Origin: an uncultured Caldisericales bacterium | GTDB lineage: Bacteria; Caldisericota; Caldisericia; JAAYUI01 | Direction of reading: 5' to 3' | Assembly (NCBI GenBank): GCA_964472265.1 | Contig: CAYYJO010000002.1 | Location: 2,002 to 66,001, forward strand | Length of the DNA: 64,000 nucleotides | In this document: in pieces, positions 29,832 to 38,811 of the stretch | Position numbering within the stretch: position 1 is the first letter of the stretch | Layout of the letters: each line of letters starts with the position of its first letter | Notes under the pieces: model-generated | Databases searched by the model: none | The model's input: only the letters and a program-made list of their open reading frames with translations | Told to the model about the DNA's origin: nothing | Made by a program: the position numbers and the translations under genes

Positions 29832-30800
29832 ATGAAAAAGGCGCTTGTCGGAATGTCAGGGGGCGTTGATTCAACCGTTGCCGTACTGATGCTAAAAGAT
29901 CGAGGTTTTGAGGTTCATGGTGGAACACTCCCAATATGCGGTAGGTCAATTGCCAACCCAATAGAGATCATCTGCAACCAAATCGGGATTCCTTACCACT
30001 TTATTGAAATCGGTTCGCTGTTTGGAGACAGGGTGATTGATTACGTCAAACAGTCCTTACGTGAAAACCTGACCCCAAATCCGTGCGTTTTGTGTAACAT
30101 GCATGTCAAATTCCCCGGACTTTGGAAATTCGCAAAATCGGAGGGGTTTGACGCTATTTCGACTGGTCACTACGCAAACACAGGCCAGTTCAAGGGTCAT
30201 ACGGTTCCAGTCAAAGGCAAGGACGAAAAAAAAGACCAGAGCTATGTTTTGTGCAGGGTACCAGAAGAAATACTTGAAACGACAATATTCCCGCTTGGCA
30301 ACATGACACGTCGCGAAACAGAAGAAATGGGGCAAGGCTTGCCAGTTCTGCCACCAAGTCAGGATGCATGCTTTGTTTCCGGCAAGAATTCGGACTGGAT
30401 TTCAAAGATGGTCGGTTTTGGAGAACCTGGTGAAATATACGACACACAGGGCAATAAATTAGGTAAACACATAGGTTTGAGAGCTTACACCATCGGACAG
30501 CGTGAAGGCATCAAACTAAACAATGGCCCGTGGTATGTTGTCAAAAAAGACTGGCAGGAAAATACCCTTGTCGTTGGACACAAGGATTCGGTGATGGTCA
30601 CAGAATTTGATGTTACAGACTTGAAACTCATTCCAGAAGATGATCTCTCGGTTGTCGTCAGATACCACTCGAAAGCAATTTCTTGCACAATAAAAGATAA
30701 CAAAGTAATCTTGACAGAGACAGCCTTTGCACCGACCCCAGGACAGTTTGCCGTTTTTTATGCAGGTGACTACGTAGCCGGTTCAGCTGTAATTGCCTAA
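29832..30800 (+). CDS. mnmA: tRNA-specific 2-thiouridylase MnmA
   Basis: PP-loop 'VGMSGGVDSTVA' and catalytic Cys 'CVLCN'. 322 aa, which is slightly short for MnmA. Confidence 0.8.
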   Translation: MKKALVGMSGGVDSTVAVLMLKDRGFEVHGGTLPICGRSIANPIEIICNQIGIPYHFIEIGSLFGDRVIDYVKQSLRENLTPNPCVLCNMHVKFPGLWKFAKSEGFDAISTGHYANTGQFKGHTVPVKGKDEKKDQSYVLCRVPEEILETTIFPLGNMTRRETEEMGQGLPVLPPSQDACFVSGKNSDWISKMVGFGEPGEIYDTQGNKLGKHIGLRAYTIGQREGIKLNNGPWYVVKKDWQENTLVVGHKDSVMVTEFDVTDLKLIPEDDLSVVVRYHSKAISCTIKDNKVILTETAFAPTPGQFAVFYAGDYVAGSAVIA

Positions 30801-30817
30801 CTTGTTAACAAATAAAA

Positions 30818-30858
30818 AACCACACGGCGACTTCGTTAGAAGTCCACCGTGTGGCCTA
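30818..30858. terminator. Intrinsic terminator between convergent mnmA and the S8 peptidase gene
   Basis: Long hairpin CCACACGG-c-GACTTC-gtta-GAAGTC-ca-CCGTGTGG. On the minus-strand reading it is followed by a T-run ('GTTTTTTATTT'). Confidence 0.6.
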
Positions 30859-30887
30859 TGAATGTCACATTTTTGCTTGAACAAAGC

Positions 30888-32270
30888 TCACGGGGTCGGT
30901 GACCACCTTACCGCTGTCGAGGCATCGAGCAAGCCATTGCCGAAATAATTGTCAAAGCCTTTGGTGCCAAGATCCCTAGCAGTAGACAGGAGAGCCTTCG
31001 TTACCTGATCCCTCGTGTATGTCGGGTGGAGTGACCAAACCAGTGCAGCAGCGCCGGCCACATGAGGAGCAGCCATTGATGTGCCAGAGAAAGACTGGAA
31101 CGAGAAACTGGAGACATTCTGATAGCCTGCCAGTGTTTGCTGGACAATGTACTGTCCTGGGGCAACGATGTCCAGAGCTGATCCGTAGTTTGAGAAGCTG
31201 CATCTGTTTCCGTTGAAGTCAATTGCACCAACAGCGATGCATTCTGTGCTGTATGCTGCAGGATATGAGAGTGATGAACCATTGTTGCCTGCCGCACAGA
31301 CAATGACAACACCTTTGCCGTAAGCGTACTTTATGGCATTGTACATCGTTGAGTCGCTACCGCTCGAACCAAGGCTCATATTGATGACTTTTGCGCCCTT
31401 GTCAGCTGCCCAATAAATTCCGTTGGCAACCGATGCCGATGAGCCGCTTCCGTTTGCGCTGAGAACCTTGATCGGCAGAATCGTTGCTTTGTAGGCGATT
31501 CCGGCACAACCGAAAGGAATTGCAGAGTTTGTTGACTGTGCAATTGTTCCGCAGACGTGGGTGCCGTGATAGTGATCGTCGTTGGCATGGCTTGTACTTG
31601 GCGAGACCGTGAAGTCTTTTGCGTTTGCCGTATCGAAGGAGGTTTCTGCAAGATCGGTGGCTTTCTTGTAAGTGACTGTAGTCGTTCCCTTCTTTGTTGT
31701 GTAATCTTCGTAGGCAACTCCGGTATCAAGGATTGCAACCTTGACACCCTCACCTGGATATCTGCCTGCGGTTGCGCCTGTCGGTTTGAACAAATCCCAG
31801 GCCAATTCTGCTTTTATACCATAGAGTGAAGCTGCTGAAATGTAGTTTGAAGCCTGTCCTTTGAACATTTTCCCTGTTGCAAAGAAGTTCCATTGAGTAG
31901 TCGCATAGTTGGTGTCATTGGGTACAAAGCTTGACTCAAAAACATGGTTTGGTTCTGCGTAGCTGACACCTTCCTCTTTGCTGACCTTGTCCATCAAATC
32001 TTCCAGAGTGTTATCACCACTGAACTCTACCACTTCGAAACTGCCCATGTATCCTCTCTCAAGAGGGGCAAGGCTATACTTTTGCAAGATAACAGGTGAA
32101 TAAGTTTCCATGTCAGCGTCACTGTTGTAGCCAATAACCAATTGGTTCGGTACAACATCATTCTCAAGAGCAACGGCTCGATTAACCTTTGGGCCAGCGT
32201 TTGACGGCGTGAACCCGATAATCGAGACGGCAACAAAAAGAATTGTTAAATACAGACAAAATTTTTTCAT
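30888..32270 (-). CDS. Secreted subtilisin-like serine peptidase (S8 family) with propeptide
   Basis: Signal peptide and the D/H/S catalytic triad ('VAILDTGV', 'HGTHVCGTIA', 'GTSMAAPHVAGAAAL'). Confidence 0.85.
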   Translation of the reverse strand: MKKFCLYLTILFVAVSIIGFTPSNAGPKVNRAVALENDVVPNQLVIGYNSDADMETYSPVILQKYSLAPLERGYMGSFEVVEFSGDNTLEDLMDKVSKEEGVSYAEPNHVFESSFVPNDTNYATTQWNFFATGKMFKGQASNYISAASLYGIKAELAWDLFKPTGATAGRYPGEGVKVAILDTGVAYEDYTTKKGTTTVTYKKATDLAETSFDTANAKDFTVSPSTSHANDDHYHGTHVCGTIAQSTNSAIPFGCAGIAYKATILPIKVLSANGSGSSASVANGIYWAADKGAKVINMSLGSSGSDSTMYNAIKYAYGKGVVIVCAAGNNGSSLSYPAAYSTECIAVGAIDFNGNRCSFSNYGSALDIVAPGQYIVQQTLAGYQNVSSFSFQSFSGTSMAAPHVAGAAALVWSLHPTYTRDQVTKALLSTARDLGTKGFDNYFGNGLLDASTAVRWSPTP

Positions 32271-32531
32271 TGCAGACTCCTTTCGTGCAATATTTTTTAT
32301 GGATCTGTATTACTGTTTTTCGTTTTCATGTCAATAGCTAACCATTTAAATCCAAATTCATATTTTTATAATTGTAAATCGGTTATCTGTTTTGATTACA
32401 GTATTTATTGATAATTTGTAAATTAGAATAGTTAATATAAATTTAGGCTTTTGAATCAGTTGCAATAAATTTGTTATTTCAATTGAGAGCGTTGATTATC
32501 GTATGTAATGTCCAAGAAACAGCCTTTATTG
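32271..32531. promoter_or_regulatory. 260-bp strongly AT-rich (~25% GC) intergenic region upstream of the S8 peptidase gene
   Basis: A sharp GC drop relative to the ~50% GC of neighbouring genes. Contains the repeated element 'TAATTGTAAAT' / 'TAATTTGTAAAT'. No ORF. Confidence 0.4.
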
Positions 32532-33641
32532 CTAGAACGATTCGTCAATGTAGCAATCGACGCCCATATCTGCAACGATTATTCGATTGGCCTGAAATTT
32601 TATCTTCCTGAAAAAACGTGGATTATGGAAATCATGAAAGAAGATCTCGTAATCCTTGTTCTGTTTACCTGTTATTGGATCAATTTTTATCAACAACTGA
32701 GTCCCTGGACAGGGGCAGACCACGTTAAAAACTGAATTTTCGGAGATTAATGGCGTGTCTCCGAGTTTACTCAAAGACCATTGAAAAATCCAGTTTTCGC
32801 AGCCAAAGGCATCAAGCTTGTGGCTCCACTCACTGACTTTTGATGCGATGCACAACAGATTTCTTGAGATTCCTAGCTCGACGATTTCAGTGTTGTACTC
32901 CATCGAGAAAATCTCCTTGCCTGTGTTTGCATCGAGGCAAATCGCCCTTGTGGAAGGATCATTTTCAGTTGGTCTTGTGGAGAGCATTGCAATACCTTTT
33001 TGTATCCCGTAACACCACATTCCCGAATCAGGTATTTTGTAATCCCATAGAGAAATCCCAGTGTGCGGGTCGATAAGGGAAAGGGAATCCATCTTGATCA
33101 GCACGCATCCGGCATAGATTCTCCCAAGGATATAGGAAGATTCAAATTTTGACAGCATTCTACCGGTTTTATGCTCGAACACCATGACGCCTTTGTCAAC
33201 ATTAACAACAAGAAGATTATCTTTTACTTCGACCCAGACCCAGTTTGCTTTGATCGGGTCAGTGAATTCGTAATTCCAAATCTGCCTGAGGCTCAAATCT
33301 GTACAAACCAGGGTATAATGTGATTCTGATTCATTCGTAACATAAAAAAACCTGTCATCGCAAGCTTGAATTGAATCTGGCAAAACGTTTGGCTCCATCG
33401 ATAACAGCTCAGTATCCAGTTGCTCACCCGAACAATATCCGAATTTTCCAAGCTTCAGCGTTTCTTTGGTTTGATCCCTGTAAACGACAATAACGGTGTT
33501 GGATGTATAATGAACGCTGGAAGCTAAATAATCAGTTTTGTAATTGTTGTGCCAGAGCGTTTTCAAACCGGTAGCGTTTGCAGGTGATACCAATGATAAC
33601 AAACTTGCCATGCACATCACGCCCGAAATCAGCTTCTTCAC
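32532..33641 (-). CDS. Hypothetical secreted protein, possible PQQ/beta-propeller-like fold
   Basis: Signal peptide 'MKKLISGVMCMASLLSLVSPANA' and 'ICLDANTGKEIFSMEY' / 'LIDPHTGISLWDYKIP' PQQ-like blade motifs. GC is lower than in flanking genes. Confidence 0.5.
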   Translation of the reverse strand: MKKLISGVMCMASLLSLVSPANATGLKTLWHNNYKTDYLASSVHYTSNTVIVVYRDQTKETLKLGKFGYCSGEQLDTELLSMEPNVLPDSIQACDDRFFYVTNESESHYTLVCTDLSLRQIWNYEFTDPIKANWVWVEVKDNLLVVNVDKGVMVFEHKTGRMLSKFESSYILGRIYAGCVLIKMDSLSLIDPHTGISLWDYKIPDSGMWCYGIQKGIAMLSTRPTENDPSTRAICLDANTGKEIFSMEYNTEIVELGISRNLLCIASKVSEWSHKLDAFGCENWIFQWSLSKLGDTPLISENSVFNVVCPCPGTQLLIKIDPITGKQNKDYEIFFHDFHNPRFFRKIKFQANRIIVADMGVDCYIDESF

Positions 33642-33682
33642 ATATCAACCATTACAGCAAAATGGTTTAAATATCAATAGAA

Positions 33683-34387
33683 TCAGTCGATGTAATTGAT
33701 TGGCCCATAGATGTCAGCTTCGTCTTTAAACCTGGTGTTCCCACCATGAAGGTTTGTTATCGGCCCCATTATGTCGCCTTCAATCTCCAGATCGCCACCG
33801 TCGTTTGTGATTGATCCGTAGACATCGCCTTTAACTGTGACTCTCGAGCCTCGCTTCATTGTCAGGGGGCCATAGACGTCGCCATTTATCGTCACTTTGA
33901 CCGACTCGGCAACCATACAGCTGAGGTAAAGGTCCTTCAGGATTTTGTCCTCTTTGACGACCAGACTTCCGCTAATATGCTGTCCAAAAGGTTGCTGATG
34001 ATTGTTCATAGCGAAACCGCCAGCCATATCTGCTGGAAATATCCTTTTGACTTCATCGGCTTTTTTTACAACTTCAAGGTCTTTCCCCCAGGTCACTTTT
34101 TCCATTGTCGCCGGATTGAATTCAACGACTTCACCATCAGCCCATACAACCACAAGATTCCCGGCAACTTCGATTGAGTCATCATCAACCAGCTCAGAAG
34201 GCAGCACCGCCTTCATCAAGGGCTTGTCTTTTTTGAAATGTCCAACGATTGCCATCACTTCAGGATCAAAGATCAGTGGATCGATCATTGCAACTACTTT
34301 GCCATCAACGGATTCCATTACATCTGGGTCGACCAGCTCTCTCTCCAAAACGAACATCTGCGATTTATAATTGTGCCTGTAGCTCAT
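33683..34387 (-). CDS. Hypothetical protein with C-terminal bactofilin-like beta-helical repeats
   Basis: The C-terminal ~75 aa carry an ~18-residue periodicity of 'GDVYGPL', 'GDVYGSI', 'GDIMGPI' and 'ADIYGPI'. The N-terminal 150 aa are uncharacterised. Its start overlaps the stop of the upstream RHH gene (ATGA). Confidence 0.45.
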   Translation of the reverse strand: MSYRHNYKSQMFVLERELVDPDVMESVDGKVVAMIDPLIFDPEVMAIVGHFKKDKPLMKAVLPSELVDDDSIEVAGNLVVVWADGEVVEFNPATMEKVTWGKDLEVVKKADEVKRIFPADMAGGFAMNNHQQPFGQHISGSLVVKEDKILKDLYLSCMVAESVKVTINGDVYGPLTMKRGSRVTVKGDVYGSITNDGGDLEIEGDIMGPITNLHGGNTRFKDEADIYGPINYID

Positions 34388-34557
34388 TCTTCCTCCCTTT
34401 TGGGGATTTCTCCGTGTTCATCTTCATAGCGCCTGATGTAGTCAAGGATTGCCTGCTCTGTTATTTTTGTGATCGGCTTCCTGCTCCACCATGCAAGATT
34501 GCGGAGTTTCTCAAGTGTCTCCGGTTCTACCAGCGTTGAAAAGACTTGTTTGGCCAT
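34384..34557 (-). CDS. Ribbon-helix-helix (CopG/Arc family) small DNA-binding protein
   Basis: 'MAKQVFSTLVEPETLEKLRNLAWWSRKPITKITEQAILDYIRRY' has the strand-helix-helix pattern of RHH proteins. The longer ORF reaching 34632 would begin inside the predicted -10 element and run into the glnA terminator, so the ATG at 34557 is preferred. Confidence 0.5.
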   Translation of the reverse strand: MAKQVFSTLVEPETLEKLRNLAWWSRKPITKITEQAILDYIRRYEDEHGEIPKREEE

Positions 34558-34564
34558 GTCATAA

Positions 34565-34592
34565 AGCATAGCAAGAATATCTTTATAGTCAA
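34565..34592 (-). promoter_or_regulatory. Promoter (TTGACT-16-TATGCT) giving a leaderless or near-leaderless mRNA for the RHH gene
   Basis: On the minus strand: -35 TTGACT (34587-34592) and -10 TATGCT (34565-34570). The ATG at 34555-34557 lies 7 nt downstream of the -10, so the transcription start is at or adjacent to the A of the start codon. Confidence 0.4.
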
Positions 34593-34612
34593 GAGTATAA
34601 AGAGCAACTTGA

Positions 34613-34646
34613 TAACAAAAAAGGGGATGCACATGGCATCCCCTTT
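34613..34646 (-). terminator. Rho-independent terminator downstream of glnA
   Basis: GGGGATGC-acatg-GCATCCCC (8-bp GC-rich stem, 34623-34643). On the minus strand it is followed by a T-run (complement of the A-run at 34614-34622). Confidence 0.7.
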
Positions 34647-34663
34647 GAAAAAGCTTGTTTGAA

Positions 34664-36076
34664 TCAGAGATAGTCGTACATCTCGAATTCGACTGGGTGA
34701 GGCTGGCGTTCCATCTTTACTGAGTCGGCAGTCTTTGACCTGATGAACATGTCGAGCTGATCTTTTGTGAATACATCGGCTTCGAGAAGGAAATCCCTGT
34801 CTTTCCTGAGTTCATCTAGAGCTTCCTTGAGGGTTGCCGGTACTGATGTTTTTGGCTCCCATCCTTCTGGCATCTTCTCAAGTGGGCCGTATTCGCCTTC
34901 AGGATTGAGATTCTTCTTGATTCCGTCGAGTCCAGCCATGAGGATTGCGGCGATTCCAAGGTATGGGTTCGCTGTTGCGTCCATAACCCTGTACTCGAAA
35001 CGTTTTTCGTTTGGTTCGGTTGCATAGGCCGGAATTCTGACGGCTGCGTTTCTGTTTGCCATGCCGTAGCAGACATTGCATGGCGCTTCATGTCCTCTGA
35101 CGAGTCTCTTGTAGGAGTTTGTTGATGGGTTCGTAATTGCGGCTAGCGCCGGTGCGTGTTTGAGGATACCGGCAAGGAAGCTGAGAGCAATTTTTGAAAG
35201 TCCCATATAACCAGACGGGTCTGAGAACGGGTATTCAGACTTGCCACCGGTGAGCATGTGGTGAACATGGAGTCCTGAACCAGCTTCGCCATATATTGGT
35301 TTTGGCATGAATGAGGCGTGCATTCCATAGTCTGCTGCAACGTTTCTGACGATGTACTTGCCCCAGGTGATCGAGTCTGCTGCCTGCAACGCCGGCATGA
35401 GATTGAACTCAATTTCCTGCTGGCTTGGGCCTGCAACTTCGTGGTGATGGTACTTTACCTTAAATCCAAGCTCCTGGAGTGCGAGAACTGCATCAACCCT
35501 CTGCTGATAGGTTGTGTCCTTGGGTGGAACAACATGATAACCGGACTTGTAGGCAATTCTTGTGGCGCACGAGTAATCCATTTCAGGATCGCCCCAATAG
35601 CCTTCGTCTGAGATGATTTCAGTCATCAGCGCATGTGGTTCAGTTCTCAGCCTGATGTCGTCAAAAATGAAATACTCGAGCTCAGGGCCAAAAAGGGCTT
35701 CCTGGGCAATACCCATGTCCTGCATGAGTTTGAGAGCTTTCTTCAAAACATTTCTTGGGTCTCCGTCAAATGGATGGATTTCAACTCCAGCTTCCCAGAC
35801 TTCACACATAAAGGTTGCAGTCGGGTCTTCAAAGCAGGGGTCAAGCTGGACAGATTCGCCGATAATCGGCCTTGCAATGAAATCAGACTTCTTGGTTTCG
35901 GCAAAACCAAAGTTTGATCCATCAAAACCAAAACCAAACTCAAGCTTTTTCTCGGTGAGGTTGGCAGTCGGGATTGTTACATGGTGGAGCCTGCCGTTTG
36001 CATCCACAATCTTGAAATCCACCATCTCACAATCAAGGTTCCTTATCTGGTCAAGGGCATTTTTGAATTTATCCAC
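34664..36076 (-). CDS. glnA: Glutamine synthetase (type I family)
   Basis: 470 aa with GS beta-grasp and catalytic-domain motifs ('GSNFGFAE', 'HHHEVAGPSQQEIEF', 'SGLHVHH'). Confidence 0.85.
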   Translation of the reverse strand: MDKFKNALDQIRNLDCEMVDFKIVDANGRLHHVTIPTANLTEKKLEFGFGFDGSNFGFAETKKSDFIARPIIGESVQLDPCFEDPTATFMCEVWEAGVEIHPFDGDPRNVLKKALKLMQDMGIAQEALFGPELEYFIFDDIRLRTEPHALMTEIISDEGYWGDPEMDYSCATRIAYKSGYHVVPPKDTTYQQRVDAVLALQELGFKVKYHHHEVAGPSQQEIEFNLMPALQAADSITWGKYIVRNVAADYGMHASFMPKPIYGEAGSGLHVHHMLTGGKSEYPFSDPSGYMGLSKIALSFLAGILKHAPALAAITNPSTNSYKRLVRGHEAPCNVCYGMANRNAAVRIPAYATEPNEKRFEYRVMDATANPYLGIAAILMAGLDGIKKNLNPEGEYGPLEKMPEGWEPKTSVPATLKEALDELRKDRDFLLEADVFTKDQLDMFIRSKTADSVKMERQPHPVEFEMYDYL

Positions 36077-36671
36077 GTTTTACCTCCTCGGCAAGTCTGT
36101 ATCCAAGCTCAAGCGCCTTCTGGTTGCTGGCCTTGAATTCCTTTTTGAATGATTCGTGAACGATCTCTTCGATCGAGGCTCTGGTTACAACTTCAGTCAA
36201 TCCGACTACAACACCAAGGCTTACAATGTTGATGGCGATGCCCGTACCCAGTTCAGCGATGATCTCTCTCCACATCGGAACACCAAAGTAAAACGGCCCC
36301 CTGTCAGATGGTTCCATGTCAGGAAGCAAGATTGAGTCAAAGACAACAAGACCGTTTGGAACCACATCATGGCTGAATTTTGTGATGCCGTCGGGGGTCA
36401 GGGCGAGGAGGAAATCCGGGGCAACAAGTTTCGGGTAGAAAATGTCTCCGTCCTTGATTACGATTTCGGCTTTTGTTGCCGATCCCCTGGCCTCAGCGCC
36501 GTAAACCTGGGACTGAAGAGCGTTATGACCCTCCCTGATTCCGGCTTTTGCCAAAATAACCGAGGCAGTGATGAGTCCATGTCCGCCTGAGCCAGAAAGC
36601 CTGAAGTTTTCGGCTTTCCTGCCACCAAACATCTTGCCGTGAAGGGCGTTCCATGAAGGATTCGGGTTCAT
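36069..36671 (-). CDS. 2-oxoacid:ferredoxin oxidoreductase, gamma subunit
   Basis: ~200 aa POR/KOR gamma-type protein ('GSGGHGLITASVILAKAG'). Met at 36671 is preferred over the longer ORF start at 36704. Confidence 0.75.
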   Translation of the reverse strand: MNPNPSWNALHGKMFGGRKAENFRLSGSGGHGLITASVILAKAGIREGHNALQSQVYGAEARGSATKAEIVIKDGDIFYPKLVAPDFLLALTPDGITKFSHDVVPNGLVVFDSILLPDMEPSDRGPFYFGVPMWREIIAELGTGIAINIVSLGVVVGLTEVVTRASIEEIVHESFKKEFKASNQKALELGYRLAEEVKRG

Positions 36672-37492
36672 AGTCCTGCCTCCTTCTTTGTGGCGATGAT
36701 GCACGAGGTGTAATTCTCGATAAAGGTTGGCCTCGGCTCGTTTTTGATTATTCCTCTTGCATATTTGCCGTGTTTCTGCTCAGGAGTCATGTTGTCGAAT
36801 TTTGATTTTGGTACGAGAACAGATTGCTGAAGTTCTATCAGATCATAAGGGGTTTTGAATCTGTTGACCCTGCCGTAATAGGTTGGGCACTGAGTGAAGA
36901 TGTCCATTGCCGAGAAACCTCGATGCTCAAGGGCATCCTTCATGATTGAAACCATCTCCTTGAAATAGGCAGTTCCGGTTCTTGCAACAAATGGAGCTCC
37001 AGCGCCGATGAGCAGGTCAACAATGTTGAACGGGTCTTCTACGTGGCCACATGGGGATGTTGCCGAAATTGATCCATACGGAGTTGTGGGACTGTACTGA
37101 CCGCCTGTCATGCCGTAGGTGTAGTTGTTGACGATGAAAACATGAATGTCCTGGTTTCGTCTTGCTGCGTGGATGATGTGGTTGCCACCGATTGAGGTTG
37201 CATCACCATCACCGGTCATGACAATGACCTTTAGGTTTGGATTGGCAAGCTTTGCACCAAGTGCAAACGGAATTGCCCTGCCGTGAAGTGTGTGGAGTGA
37301 GTCAAAGATTGTGTAAGTTGCAATTCTTGAGGAACAACCGATTCCGCCAACAATGAGAATCTGGGTTGGATCCCAGTGCAACTCATCGATTGCCGCAAAC
37401 AATCCGTGCATGACCGTTCCATTGCCGCATCCCGGACAGAAAACGTGGGGGAGCTTGTCTCTCTTCATGTAACGAAGCATGTCTTCTCTCAT
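36668..37492 (-). CDS. 2-oxoacid:ferredoxin oxidoreductase, beta (TPP-binding) subunit
   Basis: 'CPGCGNG' cysteine motif and TPP-binding 'GDGD'. Met at 37492 preferred. Confidence 0.8.
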   Translation of the reverse strand: MREDMLRYMKRDKLPHVFCPGCGNGTVMHGLFAAIDELHWDPTQILIVGGIGCSSRIATYTIFDSLHTLHGRAIPFALGAKLANPNLKVIVMTGDGDATSIGGNHIIHAARRNQDIHVFIVNNYTYGMTGGQYSPTTPYGSISATSPCGHVEDPFNIVDLLIGAGAPFVARTGTAYFKEMVSIMKDALEHRGFSAMDIFTQCPTYYGRVNRFKTPYDLIELQQSVLVPKSKFDNMTPEQKHGKYARGIIKNEPRPTFIENYTSCIIATKKEAGL

Positions 37493-38610
37493 ACGCCCTC
37501 CGCCACTTTGCGAAGCTGTTCCGGCGTGATCAACTCTCCATCCCATCTATTGAGCGGAATGATGTTTTTTGTCGGGCCAAACAGCCTCTGGATTTCACGA
37601 ACCATCATGCCCATGTTGAGTTCCGGCACAATGATGTTTTTTGCCTTTTCGAGCTTTTGTTTGATGAGCTTGTCGTGGAATGGCCAGAGCGTGACCAGTC
37701 TCAGATAGCCCCAGTTCGGGTTCTTTGCATCGCCCATAACCTGGAGCACTGTCCTGTGTGTGCAGCCATAGCTGAAGAAGACTGTTTCGGCATTGTTTAG
37801 GTTGTACTCGTCAATCTCAGCCACATCGTCAATATAGTTTTCGATCTTGTCAATTATTCTCTTGTTGAAGCGATTAGCGACATCTGCGGCTGTGTTCTGG
37901 AAACCTGATTCATCGTGGTAAAGTGCGGTGACTACAGTTCTGAAGCCAGTGCCGAACCTTGCCATGTGGGGGATAAGCTTCTCATCGGCCTCATAGGTTT
38001 TGTATCTTGTCGGATCAGTCGGTTCAGCCCTGTTGACGATTGGAATGTTTGCATGAATGTCGATATCGACCCTTTCCCTCATGTGGGCGATTGTTTCGTC
38101 GGTGAGGAAAACAACAGGAGTCCTAAAACGTTCTGCGAGATTAAACGCCTTGATCGCCAGAAAATATGACTCTTTGACTGATGACGGGCACACGACAATT
38201 GACGGGTGATCGCCATGGGTTCCCCATCTTGCCTGATAAACATCGGCCTGGGTTGTCTTGGTCGGAAGACCGGTTGACGGGCCACCACGCATAACATCTA
38301 CAATAACAATTGGTGCTTCAACCATCTGGCCATATCCAAGACCTTCCTGCATGAGCGAGAATCCTGGACCAGATGTTGCCGTCATGACCTTTGCGCCAGC
38401 CAGCGACGCACCAATGAGTGCACAGACCGAGGCGATTTCGTCCTCCATCTGGATGTAGATGCCGCCGTTTTGCGGAAGCATGTAAGACATCTGCTCTGCC
38501 ACTTCAGTGGAAGGCGTGATTGGGTAGCCTGCAAAGAAAGAGCAACCGGCTATGATTGCGGCATTTGCAACAGCCTGTGACCCTTGCCAAAGATAAGACT
38601 CAGCTGGCAT
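37489..38610 (-). CDS. 2-oxoacid:ferredoxin oxidoreductase, alpha subunit
   Basis: 373 aa POR/KOR alpha-type protein ('GYPITPSTEV', 'GGPSTGLPTKTTQAD'). Confidence 0.8.
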   Translation of the reverse strand: MPAESYLWQGSQAVANAAIIAGCSFFAGYPITPSTEVAEQMSYMLPQNGGIYIQMEDEIASVCALIGASLAGAKVMTATSGPGFSLMQEGLGYGQMVEAPIVIVDVMRGGPSTGLPTKTTQADVYQARWGTHGDHPSIVVCPSSVKESYFLAIKAFNLAERFRTPVVFLTDETIAHMRERVDIDIHANIPIVNRAEPTDPTRYKTYEADEKLIPHMARFGTGFRTVVTALYHDESGFQNTAADVANRFNKRIIDKIENYIDDVAEIDEYNLNNAETVFFSYGCTHRTVLQVMGDAKNPNWGYLRLVTLWPFHDKLIKQKLEKAKNIIVPELNMGMMVREIQRLFGPTKNIIPLNRWDGELITPEQLRKVAEGV

Positions 38611-38803
38611 CTTCTACCACCTCCAACGCAAAATCAGGACAAATCCAGTAACACTGCTGGCACCCAATGCACCTTGTGTCATCATCGACGACAACCTGTC
38701 CACGTTCGTTGATTTTGTAGACAGCCTTTGGGCACACCTTGAGACACAGCTGGCAGGATTTGCAGTACTCTCTAAAATGCTTTACCTTGAATTTTTTCGC
38801 CAT
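38600..38803 (-). CDS. 2-oxoacid:ferredoxin oxidoreductase, delta subunit (2x[4Fe-4S] ferredoxin)
   Basis: Two CxxCxxCxxxCP motifs ('CKSCQLCLKVCP', 'CIGCQQCYWICP'). Start at Met 38803 ('MAKKFKV') avoids an overlap with glyS. Confidence 0.7.
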   Translation of the reverse strand: MAKKFKVKHFREYCKSCQLCLKVCPKAVYKINERGQVVVDDDTRCIGCQQCYWICPDFALEVVEDAS

Positions 38804-38811
38804 CTCAACCC

